Source: Hemiscyllium ocellatum
Taxonomy: Eukaryota
DNA length: 64,000 nt
Direction of reading: 5' to 3'
NCBI RefSeq assembly: GCF_020745735.1
Contig: NC_083409.1
Span: 19,054,341-19,118,340, forward strand
Positions 50,025-59,499 of the stretch are shown here, piece after piece. The translations under genes were made by a program, and so were the position numbers. The stretch's first letter is position 1. Each line of letters starts with the position of its first letter. The notes beneath the pieces were generated by a model, which ran no database searches, had not been told where the DNA came from, and saw nothing but the letters and a program-made list of their open reading frames with translations.

Positions 50025-52790
50025 GGAGGAACACAGCAAGTCAGGCAGCATCAGGCGGTGAAGAAGTTGATGTTTTGGGTGTAACCCTTCTTCAGGAATG
50101 GCGGTGAGTGTAGGCGGAGCTGCAGATAAAGGGGGTGGCGGGGCAAGGTGGAGAATGGGGATAGATGAAGACAGGCAGATGACACGACCTGGTTCGTTAA
50201 TGGAAGGAATAAATCTGTTTGGTGGCAGAGAGGAGTTGAAGAAATGGGAGGGGCTGGGGAGGGAGTCCGGGGATGGGAAGGGAAGGTGTTTGAAATTGGA
50301 GAACTCAGTGTTGAATCCTCTGGGCTGTAGGCTGCCCAGGCGGAAGATGAGGTATTGTCCCTCCAATTTGCGATTTGGTTCATTGTGGCAATGGAGGAAG
50401 CCAAAGATGATCATGGTAGAAAGGGAGTGGGAAGGGGAATTAAAATGGGTGGTGACTGGGAGGTCTGGTCGGCTCCTACAGGCCCAGCTGAGATGCACGA
50501 CCAACCACTGCCTAAGTTTATGTTTGGTCTTCCCGATGTAGAGAAGACCACATCGCCGTCACCTGATGCAGTAAACTAGGTTGGAGGAGAGGCAGGTGAA
50601 CCTCTGTCTCACTGGAAGGACTGTTTGGGGCCCTGGATGGAGGTCCTGGAGTTGGTGTACCAGCAGGCTTTGCATCATTTCCGTTTGCAGGGGAAGGTAC
50701 CTGGGGGTTCAGGAGAGATGGTGGAGAGAATGGTGCAAACCAAGAATTGTCAAAGAGAACAGTCCTTGTGGAAGGCAGACATGGGTAGGGTGAGGAAGAC
50801 ATTCTTGGTGGTGGGGTCTTGTTGGGGTTGGCAGAATAGGATGATGTGTTGGATACAGAGATTGGTTTGGGTGATAGATGAGGACAATGGGCACTCTGTC
50901 TTTATTCTGTTTGGAGGGGGTGGGTTTAGAGCAGTGGAATGGGAAATGGAGGTGGTGCGATGGATGACAGAAGGAGCAAAAGCATGTTGTTCGAAATAGG
51001 TGGACATCTGGAATACCTGGGAGCGGAATGTCTCCTCATCCGAGCAGATAGAGCAGAGGCGGAGGAATTGGAAGAATGGGATGGAGGTCTTGCAGGACAC
51101 TGGGTGGGAGAATGTATATTCCGGGTAATAATGAGTTTGCAGTAAATGTCTATCTGAACACGGTCACTGGAGATGGGAATGGAGAGGTCAATAAGGGGAG
51201 GGAGGTGTCCGAGGTGGACCAAGTGAACTTGAGGGTAGGGTGGAAGTTGTGGGCGAAGACGATGAACTGCTCCAGTTCAGCCTGGGTGCAGGTCACTGCA
51301 CCAACGCAGTCATCGATGTAATGGTAGAAGAGTTGGGGCACAGTGCCTGTGTAGGCACTGAAGAGGGACTGTTCAGCATAGCCAAGAAAGGGGCAGGGGT
51401 CGCTGGGGCCCATCCAGGTACTCATAGCCACCCCTGGATTTAGAGGAACTGGGAGGAGTTAAAGGAAAAGTTGTTGAGGGGTAGGAGCAGTTCGGCCAGA
51501 TGGAGGAGGGTATTGGTGGAGGGGGACTGGATGGATCTGTTGGAGAGAAAAAGAGAGAGGGCCAGGAGGCTGATCTTGTTGGGTATGGACGTTTATAAGG
51601 ACTGTCCATAGTGAAGGTAAAGTGCTGGGGTCCTGGGAACTGAAGGTTACTGAAGAGATGGAGGGCATGGTTGGTGTCACAGATGTAGGTGGGAAATGCC
51701 TGAACCAAAGAGGAGAGGATGGAGTTGAGGTAGGATGAGAGGAGTTCGGTGGGGCAGGAGCATGTTGAGATGATGGGTCAGCCAGTGTAGTTGGGTTTGT
51801 GGATCTTGGGAGCAGGTAGAACTGGGCAGTGCAGGGCTGGGGGACTGTGAGATTGGAGACAGTGGAGGGGAGATTACTGGAGGCAATGGGGGCACTGACA
51901 GTGTAGTGATTTTGGCCTGATGGGTCACAGTGGGGTCATGGGCAAGGGGGAGGTAGAATGTGGTGTCAGAGAGTTGGGATTCGGCCTCTGTGACATAGAG
52001 GTCCGTTCCCCAGACTACCACCTTTGTTAGTGGGTTTGATGGTGAACCGGGGGTTGGTACGGAGAGAGTGGATTGCTGCACGTTTTGAGGAGGGGTGATT
52101 GGAGAGGGTGAGGGGGGTGGAGAAATTGAGGCGGCTGATGTCACATCAGTGGTCAGCAATGAAGAGCTCTAGGGTGTGTACACACCTGGTGGTGGGGGGG
52201 TTGGGGGGTTACCAAATGGAGGAGGAAGGTTGAAGGTGGGAGGAGGGGTCCTCAGAGGGAGTTTGGGAGTTTTTGTTAAAGAAGAAGACTCGGAGGTAGA
52301 GGCGGCGGAAGAAGAGCTCCACGTCCTGGTGGGTGCGGGATTTTTTGAAGTTGGGAACAAATGTGAGCCCTTTTCTCAGGATGAACCATTTAGACTCAGA
52401 GAGTTCGAGGTCGTGGGGGGATAGTAAATAAGGGGCAAGGCTCGGGGTGGGGGACGAAGTTTTCAGGGGGGTCCGAGATGGCTGAAGGAGGGGAGGGGGA
52501 AAGGGTAATGGGAATGGGAGAGAATGGGTGTGGGAGAGAAAGGAGATTGGGGCGGAGGTGGGTTATGGAGTGAGGTGGGGAGTGGGAAGGTGGGGATGAG
52601 GTGAAGAGGGAGAAGTGGAGGGAGAGGGTGCACTGTGGGGGTGGATGGGTGAGGAGGGAGAGCGAGTGTGCTGGCTGGCTGCAGGTAGGCAGTTGGACTC
52701 AGGGTGACTGTGGGAAGTGTAGTCTCAGTCTTGGTTGCAGAGTGGGAGGGGCCAGAAGTGGAGGCAGAGGTTGGAGCGAAGTCAAGGCTG
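50025..52790 (-). mobile_element. Near-complete decayed Penelope-like element (RT + GIY-YIG + pLTR)
   Basis: RKGLTFVP, VVVWGTDLYVTEAESQLSD, AMSTWMGPS, YHYIDDCVG, FHPTLKFTWS, FLRLCSICS, VYCIR*RRCGLLYIGKTK, IFRLGSLQPRGFNTEFSNF; pLTR with CTGAAGA-agggttacaccc-AAAA-CA-TC at 50069-50095. Confidence 0.9.
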
Positions 52791-52803
52791 GATTGGGTGT
52801 TTT

Positions 52804-53105
52804 GACCCAAGTTCAATTCCAGCCTCAGGCGACTGTCTGTGTGGAGTTTGCTCATTCTCCAAGTGCCTGCGTAGGTTTCCTCTGGGTGCTCTGGTTTCCT
52901 ACCACAGTCTAAAGACGTGCAGGTTAGGTGAATTGGCCATGCTAAGTTACCCATAGTGGTCAGGGATGTGTAGGTTAGGCTCATTAGTCAGGGGAAAAGC
53001 AGAGTAATAAGACAGGGGATTGGGTCTTGGGTAGGTTACTCTTCCAAGGTCAGTGTGGACATGTTGGGCCAAGTGGCCTGTTTCCTCACTGTAGGGATTT
53101 TATGA
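52804..53105 (+). mobile_element. HE1-type SINE
   Basis: B-box, V-domain and tail gggccaagtggcctgtttcc. Confidence 0.8.
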
Positions 53106-53826
53106 CAGTCCATTCCGGATTCCCACCACCTGTTGAGTGAAAAAGTTCTTCACCAAATCTTATTTGCAGTATCCATAATGAAATCTTTCAAACCATTCAT
53201 TTTGTTTAATGTCATTTAGCTCTTGAGCTCCTTGTTCAATAAATATTTTATTCTTTTTGATGAAATATGAGTTATCTGACAGGGACAGTTACCTTTGTCC
53301 AATCAGGGAGCCCCGGCTGACAGATAAAAAGGGGCATGTCAGAAGGACTGACACTCTGGGACCTGACTCTGAATAACAACCTGCCAACCAACTTGCCCCC
53401 CCTCCCGCTTCTGTCACCCTCAATCTCCCCATGCTTACTCTTGTTTCACCTTCGATCCAGCCTGTGCTGCCTTTGGGAGAGGTTGGCCTTCCCTCCATCG
53501 CCCAGGAATATGGTCATTATCCCAGAACAGTCACACTTTTAACCTGAGGGTCATCACAGCTGGGGCAGGGGGAGAGAAGGTGGCACCTTCATGGTGGTCA
53601 TTCCTGTCATTAATCCACCGCAACCTCTCTTGGGGCTGCAAGAATTCAACCTCCCTCCCTCAGACAGCTCCCCTCCCTGGAAGGTAATATTGCTGCACCT
53701 TGTTTTGGGTTAATAAACCACTGAAATATGACTATGGGGAGCCAGCATTGGCTGGGCAGGCAGCCACGATTGACCCTGGATTCAGAAAGTCCCCTTGTAA
53801 TTGGGCAAAACATTAGGGAGCACAGT

Positions 53827-53899
53827 CTAGATTAGAGTAGTGCTGGAAAAGCACAGCAGGTCAGGCAGCATCTGAGGAGCAGGAAAATCGACATTTCTG
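53827..53899 (-). mobile_element. 73-bp pLTR fragment with 16-bp TSD
   Basis: cattagggagcacagt at 53811-53826 and 53900-53915; the insert is the same family as the arms at 54474-54676. Confidence 0.82.
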
Positions 53900-54024
53900 C
53901 ATTAGGGAGCACAGTGCCCACTGCCTCTGAAATCCCTCCCTTACTGAGAATACACTCTCAGTATTCACCTTTCTCAGCTGCCATCTGAATTTACAATAAA
54001 TTCTGTGTCCAATGATCCTGCCCC

Positions 54025-54120
54025 TCCAGCTACCTGATGAAGAAGCAGTGCTCTGAATGCTTCTACTTTCAAATAAACCTGTTTGACTATCACCTGGAGT
54101 TGTTGGATTTTTTAACTTCA
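54025..54120 (+). mobile_element. pLTR fragment of a further family with decayed hammerhead
   Basis: CTGATGA-agaagc-agt-gctct-GAAT at 54034 onward, followed by aaataaacctg. Confidence 0.5.
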
Positions 54121-54473
54121 GCCATCTGAATGAGCTGCCATCTCAGACTGAATCAGCAGAACGGTTTTCCATTCATGATTTGAGAAGATTAAAGCCTAAT
54201 CTTAAATCCCCAGCACAAAGCCCATTTTCAATCCATCGCTCAGAGACACATACCTCAGAGAGACACCTATAGACAGCACAGAGTAACACACTCACTCTGT
54301 GAGACAGGTAGCACTGAGGAACATGATCACACTCCATGCTGCAGATAGGTGTCTCCGAATGTGGGTGCGTTACTGAACGCTGCCTGTAGGTGTCTCTCTG
54401 AGTAACAAATCCACACTGAGAGAGACCCCTCCAAGCAGCATTAAGTTAAACACTCACACTCAGAGAGTCACAC

Positions 54474-54711
54474 ATTCTAGATTAGAGTGGTGCTGGAAAA
54501 GCACAGCAGTTCAGGCAGCATCCGAGGAGCAGAAAAACCAACGTTTTCGGCAAAAGCCCTTCAACAAGAATAGAACTCTATTCCTGATGAAGGGCTTTGC
54601 CCGAAATGTCGATTTTCCTGCTCCTCAGATGCTGCCTGAACTGCTGTGCTTTTCCAGTACCACTCTAATCTAGAATCAGGTTTCCAGCATCTGCAGTCCT
54701 TGTTTTTACCT
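54474..54711. mobile_element. Head-to-head pLTR palindrome with two hammerhead cores
   Basis: About 100-bp arms (54474-54573 and 54578-54676) around a 4-nt loop; + strand CTGATGA-agggc-ttt-gccc-GAAA-TG-TC at 54584-54610; unique tail of about 35 nt. Confidence 0.85.
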
Positions 54712-55083
54712 CAGAGAGACAGAGCTGACAATATCAGTGATTGGCTGAAGATTGTTTCAGCAGCTACCCAACATGCAGCAGAGATTGCACAGTGCGATCC
54801 CATCAGCTGGACCTGGACCAACAGAGTGAAGAGGGAATGCGTCAGATTGTACTTATTGAGTCCTAACAGCTTTCAGTTTCTGTTCTTTTTGGAATCTTGT
54901 AACCTGCATAAATTCCTGACCAAAGGGATCATTTGAAAATGATTAATGATTGATGATTGTAATTGATTGACAGGCCAACCAGCCAATCTTGACAATGACT
55001 TGCTGAAATGCAGCCAATCAACTGGGGGGTGGGGAAGGTCATCTATTTCCAAAGCACACAGAGATAGAGACTGAATCTTCATC

Positions 55084-55089
55084 TTTATT
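55084..55089 (-). terminator. Polyadenylation signal of the intact C-kappa copy
   Basis: AATAAA on the minus strand (tttatt on +), about 530 nt after the stop; conserved in the paralogous copy. Confidence 0.65.
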
Positions 55090-55615
55090 ACCTTTTCCAC
55101 ATTCACATTGACAGAAAAAAAAACTGCAATTAACAGCCCAGACAGAGGAAGCTGCTCAAATTCACAGCCACAATGGAGTTTAAGGAAAACATTTGTGGAG
55201 AATTGCTCAATAACATGAGAATCCTGTCCCTTCAAACAGTGACAAAACCTTAAATTGGAACTGACAGCTGAGCAGGAAGGAGATCTGGTTTACTGAAGCA
55301 GAGAATTCTGAGGTTCACATTGTTTTGTACAGCTGTCAGTCTTCAGCAACTTCAAGAGATTTTACTTGGCATCACAAGTCAACCCTGTCCCCATCAAACA
55401 CTCCCACAACAGGGACAGCATGGCGTTTGACACAGCATAAAGCTCCCTCGACACTGTCGCAATGACCTGCTTTAACATCCAAACCTCAGAAGGTTCTCTG
55501 AGCAGTCCTGAGAAGGAAGAGAGTTGAAATTCAGTGCTGACAATGACCTTTGTCCTGCCAGCTCAGCCCTGTTCTATTTAAAGTTGTGTCTCCTCTGTGG
55601 ACTGTCTCACACTCT

Positions 55616-55944
55616 CTACACACATTCTGATTTACTGATGCTCTTGCTGAGGGGAGAGGGGAGGGTCACATGTGTGAGGGCACAGGAGAAGTGAGCGTTG
55701 GACTCCCAGTCAGACCCAGAGAGGGTCAGCAGGCTGCTGACACTGTAGGTACTGTCCGAAGCTCGCAGGTAGTTGCTAGTCTGAACCCCGTCTGAAATGA
55801 CTGCACCGTCCTTCTTCCACTGCACCTCCAGCTCATCGGGATAGAAGTGATTGGCAAGGCACACCAGGGTGGCAGTGCCCTTGGCATTGACCTGCTCCGG
55901 GGAGGGAGGCAGCAGGGTCAGCTTGGGCTGAGAGTTCTCACGGC
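55616..55944 (-). CDS. IGKC: Ig light-chain kappa-type constant exon, intact
   Basis: tttcag|GC phase-1 acceptor; 108 aa RENSQPKLTLLPPSPEQ...VC...W...C...SKSECV* with both Ig C1 cysteines, the core Trp and the penultimate interchain Cys. Confidence 0.92.
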
Positions 55945-58499
55945 CTGAAAGACAAGAGAAACAATTTTAATCCCTGCCATTTGAAGGGAATTCAACCCTC
56001 ACAATATTCACTGGCAATACAATCTTTTTGAACATTTTTAGTCAATACAGAATAAACCCGACAAAAGAACAGACACTGTTGAAATTGCTTCTTGGGATCT
56101 GAGTGTCACTGGCAGGGCCAACATTCATTACCGTCCCTAGTTGCCCCTGAGAAGGTGATGGTGAAGCAGCAGAGAGAGAAGGGACAATTTTGGACCATCA
56201 GTTATGGAATGAATGTAGGCATCTGGAAGGGCTATTGATGGGGGATCATTTTAGTGACAGTGATCAGAACTCAGTGAGATTGAGAGAAGGGATGGAAACG
56301 GAGAACCATGGAGCAAGTGTAAAAGTTTTCATTTTCCTAAACTGTGCAGTGCTTTGGTAAAATTGGATCGGAACCAATGACATGATGGAAAATCAGTGTC
56401 AGGGCAGTGGGATCCCTCGAAGGATGAGACAGACTGTTCTGAATCTGTTCCCACAATGAGTAAGGGTGGGACTCCCAGATCTAGACCAAACAAGAGGATT
56501 GGGTTCACGTACTGACAAAGATTGGGAACTGGTTGGCAGGCAGCACAGAAAGAATGAGTCTTTTTCTGAATGGCAGGTAATTACAACTTAGGCTGCCACA
56601 GGGGTCAGCCCTTGGTACCCAGTTATTCATAATAAATAACAATGGATTCATAGGGACCCAAAAGGCCCATCAGCCCATTGTGTCCATACTGGTCAAAAAA
56701 CAACAACCCAATAATTGTCATCCATTTTTCCAGCAAAAGGGAATTTGATGCAATGTGTATTTAAGAAGGAATTAGATATAGTTCTTAGGATTAAAGGGAT
56801 CAAAGAATGTGGGGAGAAAGTAGGAACAGGGGACTGTGTTGGATGAACAGCCATGATCATATTGAATGGTGGAGCAGGCTTGAAGGGCTGAATGGCCTAC
56901 TGCTGCTCCTGTGTTTGATGTTTCTATCTGTTTCTCAGATAATGAAGGAATATCTCTCATCATTTTGAAGCTGGAAGTCAGATGTGTGTGGAGGTGAAAG
57001 ATGTGGCCATGGTGACTAATGAATGCAGGTCAGTGAGGTGGTTCAGAAGACACATGGGATAAACTGTTTTTCTTTTTCCCTTGATGGAATGAGGGCATTG
57101 CTGGATCGGCAACATTTATTGCCCATCCCTAATCACCCAAAGGGCAGTTTAGAGTCACCCACATTGCTGTGGATCTGGGGTCACATGGTAAGGATGGCAG
57201 TTTTCTGCCCTAAAGGACATCAGGGAATCAGATGCTTTTTCCTGACAATCAACGATGGTTTCATGGTCATCATTAGTCTCTTAATTGCAGATTTTGTTTT
57301 GATTGAATTTGAATGCCACCATCTGCTGGATTCTAACCCTGGTCCCCAGAATATTATCTGGATCTCTGGATTAACAGCTCAGCAATATCACCATTAGACC
57401 ATCACCTCCCTTATCTCATTTTTGGTTGACTGTGAAAGCAAGGAGTTTGTTCATTCTGGAACTGTATAAAACCCCAGTTAGAGCACAGTGAGAGAGCTGT
57501 GTACGGTTCTGGTCACCACATTACAGGAAGGATGTGATTCCATTAGAGATGGGGACAGAGGAGGAGTTTGTCTGGAATGGGGACTTTGAGCTTTGCGGAA
57601 TGATTGGATTGGCTGGGACTGTTTTCTTTGGAACACAGGAGGCTGAGGGGAGATTTGATGGTGGTGTGTAAAATGATGAGGGGCCTGGACCGAGTGGGTA
57701 GGAAGGACTGATTTCCACCAGCACAGAGGGCAATAACCATGGGGAGAGATTGAAATCAGTTGGGGGCAGGATTAGAGGGGGGTTGAGGGTATTTGTTTTC
57801 ACCCAGAGCTTGGTGGGATGTGGGACTCACTGTCTGAAAGGGTGGGAGAGGCAGAAACCCTCATCACATTGAAAAAACACTTAGATGTTCACTTGAAACA
57901 GCGAAACTTCCAGAGCTATGGAGCAAGAGCTGGAAAGTGGGGTGGAGCGTGATATCTCTTTAACAAACCTCCGATTACCCACAGATCAGGATAACCTTAT
58001 CCAAGAACATTGGAGCAGACTCGGATCCACACACGTCAGGAAAGAATCACGTTGGGTGTCTGTGTAGAAGATTCTAGATTATATTTCAAACTTTGCTGCA
58101 CACTATTGGGCTGAGGTCAAGGGTGAGGCTGCAAAGAGTCTCAGTGTCCTAGGGTCAGACAGGGTCACTGCTCCTAATGACCCCACGACTCCTGGAAGGT
58201 GAGAGTGCGCAGACAATGGATGAGGATCCAGATCAGGAGACTCCAACCTTCAAGAAAGACTTGCACTTGTGTAGCACCTGTCCCCAATTCAGGATGTCCC
58301 ACTGGATCTTTCCAGCAGACTGTGCACAGCGAGATCCCAAACACCATGTGATAATTAGCAGAGAAATACATTCTGAGTGATTTTGACTGGGGGATAAATA
58401 TTGACCAGGGACACCAGAGGGAACTGCCTTCTCTTCATCCAATAGTGCCATGGAATGGCATCTTTCACAACTGAAAGACTCTCAGTTCATCCAAAAAAT

Positions 58500-59175
58500 G
58501 AAGAATAGTTCCTTGAAGATGAAGTTGCAGGTAGGTAGGGAAGTGACAAAGTCATTTGGTTTGCTTTCCTTTATTTGTCAGTGCATTGAGTATTGGAGTT
58601 GGGAGCTGTTGCGGCTGTACAGGACATTGGTTAGGGCACTTTTGGAATACTGTGTGCAATTCAGTTCTCCTTGATGTAGGAAAAATGTTGCGAATCTTAA
58701 AATGATTTACAAGGATGTTGCCAAGGTTGGAGGGTTTGCATGAAAAGGAGAGGCTGAATAGGCTGAGGCTGTTTTTCCTGGATCATTGCAGGTTGATGGG
58801 TGACCGTATAGAGGTTTATAAAATCATGAGCGGCATAGATAGGGTGAATAGAGAAGATTTTTTTCTCCAGAGTTGGGGAGTCCAGAACTGGAGGGCATAG
58901 GCTGAAGGTGACAGGGGAAAGATTTAAAAGGGACCTAAGGGACAATGTTTCCATTCAGAGGGTGTTAAATGTATGGAATGAGCTGCCAGAGGAGGTGGTG
59001 AAGGCTGGGACAATTACAACATTTAAAAGGCATGGATATGTAAATAGGAAGATGTTAGAGGGATATGGGCCAAATGCTGGCAAGTGGGACTAGATTAATT
59101 TCAGATATCTGGTCAGCATGGATGAGTTGGACCAAAGGGTCTGATTCTGTGCTGTCCATCTCTCTGACTCTAATT
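58500..59175 (+). mobile_element. CR1 (HER1-like) 3' fragment
   Basis: LYRTLVRALLEYCVQF, RLFFLDHCRLMGDRIEVYKIM, WNELPEEVV. Confidence 0.8.
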
Positions 59176-59499
59176 GTATTTCAATCCAGCCCTTAACACT
59201 TCAGGCTCTCCCAAAGACATTTACAGACAGTTTTGTTTGACAAGCAGTCACTGTTGCAATGTCAGTAACGTGGCAGCCAGTTTCTACACAGCAAGATCCC
59301 ACTGGAAGCAATGAGATCAAAGAGTAATAATGATGTCGGCTCAACGATAAATATTGGCCTGAACTCAACCCAAAGAGAAAGGAATTTGGTTCAGTTGGAT
59401 GGAAAATGAGAAAATGGAAGGTAAAGGAGAAGGTAGGATTGCTGGTTAGTGATGGGATTGATTGTTACCAAAAAATAAAAGAAAGGGATGGAATTTTTA

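Larger units (their letters stand above)
55045..56370 (-). repeat. Inverted segmental duplication, copy 2 (partner 42115-43440)
   Basis: For example aaaagttttcatt at ~56330 is the reverse complement of aatgaaaactttt at ~42165. Confidence 0.88.

Noticed and set aside
49920-52984. Numerous 90-194 aa ORFs on both strands
   Set aside because: Frameshifted fragments or antisense frames of the Penelope-like element
47303-57530. Isolated cacagtg/cactgtg heptamers (47303, 47505, 54790, 57484) and tattactgt (YYC) at ~48872
   Set aside because: No nonamer at 12 or 23 nt and no V reading frame
58110-58205. AKSLSVLGSDRVT, resembling V framework 1
   Set aside because: No Cys follows, the frame closes within a few codons, and it is on the wrong strand for the intact C exon
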